From Takakia lepidozioides (Eukaryota > Plantae > Bryophyta), in the NCBI GenBank assembly GCA_030704615.1, contig CM060731.1:33666001-33730000 (forward strand): 64,000 bases of DNA. Reading direction: 5' to 3'. The notes beneath the pieces are model-generated. The model made no database searches, was not told where the DNA came from, and worked only from the letters and a program-made list of their open reading frames with translations. The position numbers were made by a program, and so were the translations under genes. Positions 26,083 to 38,588 of the stretch are shown piece after piece. Each line of letters starts with the position of its first letter. Position 1 is the stretch's first letter.

Positions 26083-26961
26083 ATGGCCAGATTTTCGAAG
26101 CCCACCACATTTTCGAAGCCCACCACATGGTCGTCGTATGTGAAGTATTGGGCATCTGATCATCCAACAATCAAGAATTTCAGATGGGACCAGAACACAT
26201 GGGGCTCGTCATGGACATTCCTCTTCTCTTCACTTCTGACGTATCTCCTGGTCGTGGTGTCTCTCAGATTCCTTTTGAAAGGGAGGAGAAACCCCGTACC
26301 TCTTGGACCCCTTCCCATCATCCATAACCTGGTTTTGTCAGTAGGTTCGGCGGTAATGTTCGCGGGTTGCTTGCAGGCATCAGTGGTGGAAATTCAAAGG
26401 AGCCGGTGGCTATGGGGGCCTAAGCATGGTCTAGAATGGGTGTTGTGCTTTCCATTGGGGACTCGCCCGGCAGGTCGCATCTTCTTTTGGTCATATGTGT
26501 ACTATCTCAGCAAATTCTATGAGTTTCTCGATACAGTGATTTTGCTACTCAAGAAACGGCCCCTGACTTTTCTCCATGTCTTCCATCACGCGACGGTCAT
26601 CTTCATGTGCTTCTTCTGGCTCCGGTTCTCGATGTCTCTGCAGATTGTCGCCCTACTTACAAACACGGCAGTGCATGTCATAATGTACACGTATTTCTTC
26701 CTCTGTAGTGTGAACCGCCCCCCTCCCTGGAAAAAACTAGTGACTAATGTGCAGATTGTGCAGTTCGTTTTCAGTTTTCTTGCCTCTGTAGGTACGCTGT
26801 GGCTGCATTTTTTCGGGGAGGGTTGTGCGGGTATGGGAGCCTGGCTCTTCAATGCTTTCTTCAATATCAGCCTTTTATTTCTATTCCTCAACTTTCACCG
26901 CAAGAAATATGGGACAAATGGCGGTCGTGGCCAACTATCGCCAGCCTGCAAACAAGAATGA
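26083..26961 (+). CDS. GNS1/SUR4 (ELO) family fatty-acid elongase, HOS3-like, intronless
   Basis: SKFYEFLDT, FLHVFHH (HxxHH), NTAVHVIMYTYF and TNVQIVQF motifs; multiple hydrophobic segments. Confidence 0.93.
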   Translation: MARFSKPTTFSKPTTWSSYVKYWASDHPTIKNFRWDQNTWGSSWTFLFSSLLTYLLVVVSLRFLLKGRRNPVPLGPLPIIHNLVLSVGSAVMFAGCLQASVVEIQRSRWLWGPKHGLEWVLCFPLGTRPAGRIFFWSYVYYLSKFYEFLDTVILLLKKRPLTFLHVFHHATVIFMCFFWLRFSMSLQIVALLTNTAVHVIMYTYFFLCSVNRPPPWKKLVTNVQIVQFVFSFLASVGTLWLHFFGEGCAGMGAWLFNAFFNISLLFLFLNFHRKKYGTNGGRGQLSPACKQE

Positions 26962-29900
26962 CCCTCTCTCTCTCTCTCTCTCTCTTTCCTCATATGTTCC
27001 TTACTTTCCATAGTTGGAAGCCAACTGTATGCATCTTAGTAATCATCTAACCTCAATTAGTGCAGCTTCAAGCAAAGTGAAGTCAGATTGCTGATCATGG
27101 AGGCGAAGATTGCTGATTACAGGCATGCCTCAGCCTGTCATAGTCTGTGTGGGGTAGCATGGCCTCTGGACTTCCTAAAGGAGGAAAGGGTGGAAAGCTT
27201 GGCAGGAAGGCTTGAGCATTGTGAGGCCAGCAGCTTGTGCGGTCTTTTGTTCATGTTTTCTGCAAGGTTTTTCTTTCCCACCCTCCACCCTGAAGCCCAT
27301 GATTGTATTTTTTTTGCCTTTGTTTCTACATGGTGCTCAGGGCTTCATTCCAAATTCGAGGGGAGATGCCAGGGGGTTTCTGGGTCATCTTTGGTTCGGC
27401 TGTTTCTCTGCTGACCGAAAGAATTTTTAGTGGGAAAACCATGGTAGCATGATGTCACTGGTAGAGCTTAATGTAGCACCAGATTATCATTCGGGCACAA
27501 GGACCATTGTAATATGGGGTTGGTGTTTCTAAACCGGCTCTGGAAGAGTTAGCAGCCTGCTTGAGGTATACTTGCAACTGTGTGTCAGAGCTAACATCCA
27601 CAGGGCCCTGTCAATCTGGGCACCTGCAGCCAACTCTGAAACTAAAAAATTTCTTATGGAAGCAACACCACCTTAATCCTAGTATTCTGGTGGCACCCCC
27701 ATTTGTGGGAGATAAGGAACAAGTCAAATAGAAAGATACAGATTTTGGGGCCCATTTGATCCAACATATGTTGTCCCCTCAGCCTCATGCCAAATCATCA
27801 GGTCTAACTCTGTTTGCGGGGTTCTCTCACCAGAGAGACGCTCTCTTCAAATCTGTCAAGGGAATTGTGCCCAGATTAATTTGGACTTCCTTAGGTTTAG
27901 CTACAACAGAAATGGATGTTTACAGAAGTTTTTTTTGTAGAGAGTACATGTGCAAATGTGTCTGTCTAACAAGTCTTGGTTGCGACTGCATTTTTGTATT
28001 TGAATGAAGTTTGATGATGAGATAAGGTTGGAACTTGGAACGAAAGATGAACCCCAAGCTTTTCACTGCACGCACCAACGAAGATGAGTTTTTCAGCGTG
28101 CAAACAAGCAGGGCTGTCCTCTCTCAATTGCGTGGAAATGAATGTATTATTTGTATCATAATCTTTTGTGATGCAGTTTTGCAGCTGCTGGTACAACTGT
28201 CTTTATGCAGTCTAGTAGTGTTGTGGGGCACCCTATGATCATATGTACACAAGACGTGGACAACATTTCCTGCAGGAAACTCATGGAAATGTTGGAACTG
28301 AATCAAACAGCCTATGTATGTGATGAGCAAGCACTCAAAGAAATTAAGAAGACTACTAGTTCAATGTTGGATCCTGAGTTCAGATAACTTCAATGAAGCT
28401 GAGCAGCAGAAGACAACATTCAATGAGGTACCTTGAGGAGAACACCAAATTTTGTTCAATATGTGACAAAACTCCTGTTGAATGTGATTGTAACAAAGCC
28501 CTTATTGATGGAAGAATTTGTAGAACTGAATGGTAGTCTCAGGTGGGTGTATATGTGAGCAAGTTAGGTGAACACATGCTACTGATAAGCCTGTTCTTGT
28601 TGGAGTGACTAGCTTAAAAGTCTGCGCTTGTAACAGTTTTGTTGTTTGATAAGGGCAGAAGGTGAGACTTTCTTTATTTCATACCATAACACTCTCGGTA
28701 TGCAAGTTTTGGTTAAGGGGTTGTTTTTCTGTGCATTGTGCCTTTGTAAGTTGTGATAAACTTACGTTGGCAGACTTGTAGTTCTGGTATTGTTGTGGCC
28801 TAATTAACCATGTTTTAGGGAGAGAGAGTGGAGATTATGTAATTCATTGTTGACTAATTGACTGACATATTGTAGATTTATTCCATTATATGTATTGCCT
28901 CACCACAAAAATGTGAGTGATCTCACATTTTGCTGCTCTCCTGACTTGTAACTACTCTCTATCATCATGGACAGGCTCTATGCTCTTCAGTTGCTGTAGG
29001 CATACTAGGTCACAAAGCCCTTCTTCTCAGCTGTGTCTGGGAAGAGGTTTACCTGCAAGTTTGTGACTAAGTCTGGTGGTATGTCTTCCTCCCATTCTGC
29101 ATGTAGGCACCCTTTCCTTTGTTCTTGGCTCAATGTGCCACACAGTTAATTTGTGAGGAGTGAGTGTTTGTTGAGATAATGTACTGGTAATCACTCCATT
29201 GTCTTCTCTTTGGCAAGCAACAATCTCTCAGCACAACTTCAGTAGCTTGTCTCTCTCTCTCACATGTTTCTCGCTGTCCAGTAGGACTGTCTGTATTTGT
29301 TCCTTTTTTTCTCATAGTGCTCAGCTTCTTATTTTCATGAGGCACTCCATGACTGGGGAAATGTCTATTCTATTTTGGAATTCTCTTGCAGGATATTGTT
29401 TTGGTCCAATTTAAGCCCTCTCAGCTGGCTTCTGTACAAGCATATTTATTCCGTCTGTTTACCATCAGGGAACTTCCTTTAATCCCATAGCCCTTAGGGC
29501 CTCAAGTCCTCAAGTCCTGTGGACTTCAAATATATTTCCTTGTCCTTCTCTTCTCTCTAATGAACTCAATCTCCTGATAGGAACAGGAGGCAACTGTGGT
29601 GTAGTGTATGGGTGTTGAACGAATTATAAGCTGAATGGCCACCACCATAGGAAGGGGTTCCAACTAGAGTTGTATGATCAGAGGGACCATATCAAACTTT
29701 GAAGCCAAGTATTTAGAGGAGAGAAGATAGTACCAATAGTAGGGATTCCTTCAATCAATTTCTAAACTGGAAAGATATTCGCATTTCTCTCGGTTTCTCT
29801 TTTGTCATGAGTTAATTCAGAGTCTTCATGCTTGGAGCTGTGTGTGAAGTGCCAGCTGCCCATGAGTGTCCCAAAAATTGTTGCGGTCTCATAGAACATA

Positions 29901-30283
29901 GGATTTTCAACCCATAGAAAACGCAAATCTGTTGCTTATGAAAACTGGTAATTCTTCTCTTTTACACTTACTGTCACAATCCCATTCTCTTTCTTTACAA
30001 AAGGTCAAGTTCTATCTATTTTACAGCAGAAGTTGCTGGGGCAGCTTCACCTCACCTCCCTGCACTTTCTGACCCATCCTCTTTCCTGCTGTCTGCCCTT
30101 CTTCAGGCTAGACTAGTTTGATTTCTCTTTGTTAATAATATATCTAGCTCTATGACATTTTGCTTCTCCTTTTTGGGACAGTTTTACCCATTTGTACAGT
30201 CACCTCACTTGGGTGTTTTTATAAAACTATGTGGCTAATTCTCAAGGAAAGATGTACATATCCAGTTGCAGTTAGAGTACACT

Positions 30284-30318
<35 letters not shown>

Positions 30319-31039
30319 ACTCTAGTAAAAGAAAATGTTACCTTCCAAACTTCCTGCACAATAAGAAATCAGGCTAATTTCCTGCTTACACCAATGAAAT
30401 GAACCAAGAATGCAAGCTTTGGCAGTGGTAGGTAATTCCAAAAACCTTGATGACTAGTAAAACACAGAACTGGCTCTTCACGCTTAGCAAAGAGAGCTCT
30501 TACATATCTATCAACCCTCTCGAAATACAGGATATATCTGAAAGGACAGGATGAAAAAATTCCCATCATTCGGCTGTATATATTTGTAAGATACCTCCCT
30601 CTCAACAATAATGTTCTTCTAGAAAGTCTGCTAGAAGATGATATCTTTACTTCCAACAGACACACATGCGCATGATGTGACCATTGCAGAGCAGAATGAA
30701 AGAAAAAAGGTAGACCTCCACACTAGATACAGAAAAGACAAAACCAGTTATGGAAACTCTCATAGTTCCATGTTACAAACAACATGGAAATTAAATAGAT
30801 GCATATGACTGGGCGCATACATTGTGCTGCTTAAATCCTACCACATTCTCTTCCCATGATAATTGTGCCACATTGGATAAAAATATTTCTGTTTCAAAAC
30901 GTGAGTGTGTGTGAGTGTGCAGGGCACAAACTGTTGCTATTCTCCAAAATCACATGGCTGCTAAGCCACTCACCCTTTCTGGCCAGCTTTCAGCACTATT
31001 TGCAGTTTCAGTCGTGCAATCTGCATCAGAAGAGTAACA

Positions 31040-34000
31040 CTAAGCTGCCACTTCTGTCGTATCTACTATCTTAGTTTCAAGGCTGCTGTCAGATGATTTC
31101 ACCTGGGCTGTACCATTCTCTTTCTCTTCCAATTTGGGATTGCTCTCTCCTTTCTGGGGAAATGTAAACAAACAAACCAGACTCTGTTAGATCCCCAGAT
31201 CTTCAATGGTGACTAACATCCAGAGAACTTTTCACTTCCCCAGAACCCAAGCTTCAACATCATACCTTCGACTCTGTTGCTTCCAGTTTGCTCAGGCGTG
31301 CAAACATATTGCCATATAGCTTAGCTTCTTTCTTGTTCTGCTCTGACTGCTTCTGTCTTAGCACTTTATACTCCAACCGCACCTCCCTGCACACAACGGA
31401 TGCCAAATGCTCATTTCTCATGGACCAGACTTGTATGCCCATAAACTACTAAGGTGCCGCACATCTAGCAGATTACCTGTTCTGGGGATCAATCTCCAAA
31501 GCTTTCTTGATATCCCACTCCGCAAGGTCAAGATCACCTGTCTCAACGTATGCTTGTGCTCTCCTGAAAAGTGCTTTAACATTTGCAGATTCAACTTCCA
31601 ACACCTGCTCCACCCTTACATACAAGTCAGCATTTGCCATTGTCTGTTGACCCACATGCTTGTGTGGGTAACAGCAACCACATAGTTTCATGATACAGTC
31701 CCAAGACAGTCTCAACCTGCTACTCCATCAAGCATTTCTCCATACCCATGCAAACAATCTCAAAACACCATTCAATTTAACATTCAAGCCAGCAAGATTG
31801 ACAACCACACCTTAGAGGTCAACTTGATGGCCTCCTTGTAATCCTTGAGCTTGAGCTTGCATGCAGCATTATTAAGGTTACAACTCACTTTGAGAGCCTT
31901 GCCTTGCTTCTTCTGCTCATCATCAAATGTGCTATCATATTCTACCAATTTGGCTGCCTGCAACACCACAGAGATCCACCGTATGCTTCAGCTAAAGAAA
32001 TACAGCCCAAAACATTTGCATCCCATAGAAAGAGAATTCAGGGAAGACAGCAAGGTAAATACTTTACCAACCTTATCATATTTCTTGGCAGCACGCCAGT
32101 ACTTTCCCACTTTGAACAGACCATTACCCTCTGCCTTCCTCTTTCCAGCGGCCTCAATCTTCTCAGGGGTATCCATATCCCAGGACTCTTTTTCCTGCTC
32201 CGCCATCCATGTTATATTACAGGCAGCACAAACACCCAATTTCACTTGCTCTGCTACCCAAACCATCATTGCTCACACCCCAATGCCAAAGTTGTCCCCA
32301 ATATCTTGCCACAACATAAACAACATAAACCCTACAATTTAAACAAATGATGATAAAGCTACCGGGGTTTACCTTCACAAAGTCTACCAGTTCAACTTCA
32401 TACAGAAGAGTGGAGTTGGCAGGAACCACAGCCAGGTCCCTCTGTGTCTCCACTGCTTCATACCCATAATCTGGAGCAATGGTGATCACGGCAACCTCCC
32501 CCTTTTTCATCGTTCCCACAGCTCGATCCAAACCTGCAATAACTTTTTCTGAACAGCACAACAATGCACAAAAAGGTCTTATCAACCCCAAGTTCAACAA
32601 AAGTCCCTGCTTTCACGATTCCCATCCTCCAAGAAGAATGATTACCTTCGTCAGTGATAAACTCAAAAAGTTCTTCTCCATCTTGCCCTTTCTGCTCAAA
32701 GACTGTCCCACCTTCCAGCTTGGCAACATACCTCACTGTCCAACCAACATTGCAAAAAGAAACAAGCAAATTAGCCATGCAATTCCACAGCTGTCAAGAG
32801 TGTGCCCAGGCCATGTATCCACTCCATCTTGTATATCAGGTAGAGCTCAATATTGTGACCAAAAACTTACATTTGACTAGAGCTCCATCATTAGGCTTCT
32901 CATAACCTTCTCCTTGCTTGACAATTTTTTTCATCACCCTCTTATCATCAGTGACCTCTTCCACCACTTTCCATGATGCCAGCTCAAGGTCAATGAAGAG
33001 CGTAGCATTTGGTGGCACAGCACTGTCCTCCTCCTTTGCCTCCCTCCCTTCTGGACCAAAGCCATCTGCGATATAGAGCATTCAAGCAAACCCATCAATC
33101 CTCACGTATGAATAGAAATGGAAGAGGTGTCAGGGCTACCACAGCACTATCCTTTCCTGGAGAGCTCAAACTTCACTTACATTGAGGCTTCACCGTCAGT
33201 AGAACTTTCTCTCCTTTCTTCATTGTCTTCACAGCTTTGCTAATTGCTGGGCAGAAATAGCCTGCACAACATCATCCCCCCCCCCCCCCCACACCCAGCC
33301 CGCGAAATTTCTCCCACACCACCAAGCATTTTGTCAGAACACAAACTGCTTCCAATGATAAAAACCCATCCACAACCATTCTCAGTACAGCTCAATAAAA
33401 GAACTTGCCAAAAAGGTGCACGTACCGTCTTTCACATAAAACTCCACACCATCTTCAGGAGATTTCGACACTACTGTCCCGTCATGCAGCTTCGCTTCGT
33501 ACTTCACTGCCATTATTCACCCTTGGTTCCCTTAGAAGCCTCCAGATAATACGACCCAAGGAATGATGCAAGAGAAAACTTACTGCCTCACTACAGAGCT
33601 CAAATCATGACTAGGTCGCAGGGTAGAGAGGGGAATCACTGCGGAATCTCACCTGTGACTTCATCTGCATCCTTCGGAAGCTCCCACTTTTGCCCCTCAG
33701 CAAGTACCTTCTTGAAAATACCACCATCCTTGCATATATCTTTCACACTGGCCCACGACATCAGTTCCACGTCGAACTTCAGGGTGGCATTTGGAGGAAT
33801 TGAAGGAGGTGCTCCAGCTTCTCCGTAGGCATACTCAGGCGAAATTGTGAAAACCGCATTCTCACCCTTCTTCATCGTAGCAATGCCCTTGTCCCATCCT
33901 TTTATCACCTGGCCTGTTCCGACAACGACACAATAGGATCAAAACGCAGTGCCAACTCCAGCATCATATGATTACAGGAGAGCCGCCTATACATTCCCCA

Positions 34001-34454
34001 ACTGCATCAAGAAACATACCTTGCCCCAACTTGAACGTGAAAGGATCTCCTCGGTCGCGGCTTGAGTCAAATTTGGTGCCATCCAAGAGGGTGCCCGTGT
34101 AGTGCACTGTCAAGACATTACACACAATCACAAATCCAAAGTTAGACAGAGGCGACAATCCAAAGTACCACCTCAGATATGGTAAGTATTCCAAAGAACG
34201 ACCCGAATCTTCAGAAAAACCCAAACACATAAGCACCCAGTAAAGCACCACCTACCCTTCACCTCGTCTCCCGTATCAGGAGTCTCCCAGCCCTCCCCAG
34301 CTTTCACCAGCGTCTTCTTCACCCCTCCACCTTTAACGATATCTCGATCCTCCCCTTCCTTATGGGCTGCGGGGGATGACGCTTCCAAGTCGTTCTCAGC
34401 CTCCATCATATCCTCCATCGGGTTTCCCTCTCCCATGTCGAAGTCGTCAGCCAT
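31040..34454 (-). CDS. FKBP62: Multidomain FKBP peptidyl-prolyl isomerase with TPR (FKBP62/FKBP65, ROF1-like), multi-exon
   Basis: [19 protein letters not shown]; [15 protein letters not shown]; [12 protein letters not shown]; three FKBP repeats; TPR ([34 protein letters not shown]); [15 protein letters not shown]62 versus FKBP65 orthology is not resolvable here. Confidence 0.93.
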
Positions 34455-35789
34455 ATCTGTCTGTCGAAAGTTGGGTTCTAAAATGCAAGATATGGGTTTT
34501 GAAGAGCAAGGAAGGCTCAGTGGCACAGAGCAGGAGCGAGAGAGGAAGCAAGCAAATGTGCAACGGTGACGGCGAGGAGCTTGCGATCTGTGGGGCTAAT
34601 AAGAAGAGAGGGCACGGTTCCAGAAGGTTCGCAACATTCAACGGTTCCTTCCTTGTACCCGCTTGATGCTCCCTCTTCTTTGATGCTGCTAAGCCGCCCC
34701 CGATCTTGCTTTTCTGCGCTAATCTACCGCACATCTGCTTCCCTAATCCCTGGGCCACTTTCCCAGGCACTGTTTGTGGGTTTATTTATTTTTGTATGTA
34801 TCCCCTCTCTTCTGACTCGGTTCAAATCTCCATTGGACACTTCTTGGGGCTGCGTGCAAGTTAGAAAGCCATCTGAATACATGACTTTCATTTGATGATA
34901 TCACTCTCTCATTGGTAGTCAGGCTATGTGGGGTTATATAGGCTCATTCCTGCCAATTCAAAAATTGTCATACATTTTTCAGTGAATCTCAACCAGGTTT
35001 GGTCATAGGTGCCATTGCCCTATTCAGTGCTATCTGCCAAGGTTTTCTGCCTCTTCAAGATGGCAAAGAGTTCTGGTGCTTTGGATACACCAATGCTTGA
35101 ATTAGGAGATAACTCACTCCATAAAGTGACATCCAAAACTTGTCCATGGCTGTCAAGTCACAGACCCACATTTCTTTCTGAAGATTGTCCCACTGCAGAG
35201 CTACATCAGCTGCACCAATCTCTTTGCACTCACCCCTCTGCTGGCTTTCATTTGTGGCTCACAAGGAAACTAAGAAATGTGCATCGACCCTCCAGGTAAA
35301 TTCTTCAAGTAGAAGCATTAAAAGCTGTGTTTTCAAGAACAACACCAACGTCAGCTCCACAATAAACTCATGTTTTGTGTTTTATTAAGTGAGGCGTGAT
35401 GTGCGAGAAGCTGGAGAGCAGTCTAGTAGGGCAGATGTTGCAGTGGATGGTGGGAGAGAGCTATAATCAGCATGCCATGACTATCTGACAGCAGTTTATA
35501 ACGTGCTGTGGCGGGTCTATTCGCGGGTGAAGCCGAACAAGGCTTTGGCTCATTCAAGTGACACCTATTGACTGTCATATGGACACAGGCATTGTTTACT
35601 TAGGCACAATCAGTCCAACTGTGGTTCTTGTGCCATCTCAGTGGCCTTCAACCGGAACTTCACAATTATCTTACATTCCTACTCTTCATTGCCAAATCTG
35701 TAGTCCACTCTGCAATTATGAACTTTGCACCTGGATGTTTGAGGCGACGTAATTTCTTTCTTGCACATCTTTCATGCATGTTGCTTGTT

Positions 35790-38257
35790 TCACCAATAAT
35801 CCCCACAAGTATATATCCCATCTGGGAATTGCTGAAAGTGGTTGGCATCCCCTACAGCAATTGCCTGCCTCACAATCTTTGAGATGAACTTGGTGGGCGA
35901 GTGGCAGTACAAGAAGGATTTCATGACACACAAAAGTGACGTGCTGATCGGGCCCAAAGCAATGGCCAGCTTCTCGCTGTAACATCATGCACTAAAAAGT
36001 GAGTGTTGGGCACATACCCTGCCTCCTTCATCTGCCCAGACAATCTTTTCAGCTCAGCATGCATTTCCTCAAGTTTTGGATGAAAGTTAAAAATGTATGC
36101 ACTCTGGTGTTGACCTCAATGCAGAGCAACCTGGCTCCGTTCCGACGTCTATGATCTTCATCTGCTTTCTAACCTTTGCAACATCATCCCACCTGCCAGC
36201 TGCAGCATAGATGTTTGACAGCAGCAACCCCTGAGAGAATGTATTTGCGACATGTTCTGCCACCGCCACATTGTCATGAATCATGAAGGCACCAAGCAAG
36301 GCCTTACACATCACAGCACCTGGTTCAGCTGGCATTTTCCCAATGAAGTCCTTGGCCTCGTCTAAGTGCCCTGCACAGCCAAGAAGGTCCACCATGCAGC
36401 CAAAGTGATCCCCTGTAGGACTGAAGCCATGATCTTGATTCAGGGATATTCCAGTAGTATCTGCCTTCATCAACTAGGCCCACATGGCTCCATGCAAAGA
36501 GAACACAAATAAATACCACATGGTTTGAGCCTACACCCATGCTGGGCATATCCTGCACTGATTTCGTTCCATAAAATGCTATTTCGTTGGGCCATCTTTC
36601 TAACACCCCACATGCATCATTTATGTTCCCACATTTGGCATACATGACAATCAGGGCATTGTCGCAAATGATGTTTGGCACAATTCCCTGTCTCAAGAGG
36701 TCAGCATGAACATCTTTACTCTTCTCCAGGGGGCCCAGGGTGGCAAATGCACTGAGACCGCAATGGGACGTGACCTGGTTGGGCACCACCACTCCTTCCC
36801 CTCTCGTTTGCTTACAGGTCTCCAAAGCCTCTCTACCCCATCCATCCTGCAATCACTGCATTCGATAAGACCACATCTTGTTGAACCATACTCTTAAACA
36901 CTGGACATGCAACCTTTAGCCCCTCCCATATTTGGAGTACGTGTAACCAGTGTAATTTCCAGAATGATATCTGGCACAATTCCAGCTATCATGAAGGCAG
37001 TATGGAACTCTTCGCCCTTGTCCAGTTCTGCCAACCCCTTCCCCTATCATTTGCTCATATGTCTCCCTACCACACCCATGCTGGGTATCTCCTGTGACCA
37101 TTGCAGTCCATGAGACCACATTTTGCTGTTTAGTCAAATACTTGACGTACATCATTTATGCTACCACACTTGGCATACATGTCAACCAGAGCGGTAACAT
37201 TTTAGCCACACTTTCAAGATTCTTTCCAGACAGGGCTTATACCTTCCCTATAATTTCCATTGCAAAGAGCGAAGACCTTAACAAGAGTGACCACTGGTCA
37301 AATGCCAGCTTTTATGGTATCAGCATGGACCTCTTTGCCTTTCAAGCATTGAGAACTCAAACAGACATGACCTGGTTGCGCCTGACCCTTTCCCATATCA
37401 TTTGTTTATAGGTCTCCACAGCCTCCTTACCAGACCCATGCTAGGCATATCCTGCATCTGTCGCAGCCCACAAGGGCTGTCCCCAGAATGATATGTGGCA
37501 CAATTCGCTTTCATGATGTCAGCATGGACCTCTTTGCCATTTTCCAGGGCTAGCACAAGCATTGACAACACAGGCGAGTGTGACCTGGTCAGTGTCACCC
37601 TTTCCCGTATCATTTGATCATAGGTCTCCAGAGCCTCCCTACCAAACCCATGCTTGGCATATCCTGCCACCATTATGTTCCATCTGTACAAAGCTCAATT
37701 GCGCATTTTGTCAAACATTAGGTGTGCATCTTCAATGCTTCCGCACTGGGCAAGCATGTTGACAAGGGTGTTGAGCCAAAAGATGTTAGGCTCAATTCCA
37801 CTTTTGATAATGTGGGAGTGCACCTGCTTCCCCTCTGCTAGACCTTTATCTTGATACACTCCTGCAAGATACAGAAATAAGTTTTGGAGTCTACCGAATT
37901 CCCCTTTGGTTCAAAATGTGCAAAGCATCTTTCAGTCAGCCTGCCTTACATGGTGTGCTCACATCCTCAAAAGTGAAACTAGTTTTCTAGTACCTGCATC
38001 CAGCCATTCAATTCGGCTCCACCCAGGTAGGTTTCCGGTGGCTATCCCATCCACAACGCGTCGTTGGTACTCTTCCGCTTGATCTCTAGTCCTGTAGGAT
38101 GGATCTGGAGCCACACTCCTTCCCAGCTGCTTGAGCTAACCTTGCCTCCACGACAAAATTGTATTGATTTTCATATTAACACCGTTACATAGCCCTCCAC
38201 CTTGGATATAACTCTTGTGCTTGTGGCAGCAGAGGGTGCCATCCTCTCTTCCGCCAT
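35790..38257 (-). pseudogene. PLS-class PPR protein with E and DYW domains (organellar C-to-U editing factor), frameshifted pseudogene
   Basis: PPR fragments (NALIVMYAKCG, VVSWTAMV, HFGCMVDLLGCAG), LLSNIYAAAGRWDDV, EPGCS, YSEKLAIA and CHSPTKFISK...CGDYW* (stop at 35790-2). Many frameshifts and stops. Confidence 0.88.
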
Positions 38258-38588
38258 AGCTCCTCTGCACCAAAGCACAAACACCATAGTTGAAGTCGAG
38301 GAGTCGGTAAGTAACCTATCCGTTAACTAAATTATTCGGTAAGGAAAATAGTCGGTAACTAGATGAGTCGGTAACTACAGGAGGCTTACAAAGGAGAAGT
38401 GGAAGTTGCAAAACAGCAGTGCAAGCGGAGAGAGGAGACAGGGCCATGCTGCAGGAGCAGGGGCGGGCGAGGAGCGGCCACAATCCTGTGGAAACACAAG
38501 CGATCGGCGGTCCTTGGTACATTCAGGCAGCTGCTACTGAAGCAAGAGGGATTGCGCAACACTTTGTGCAGCTGATACAACCCTCTGA

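Noticed and set aside
28035-28390. Possible gene fragment downstream of ELO
   Set aside because: Short broken ORFs with no recognisable motif.
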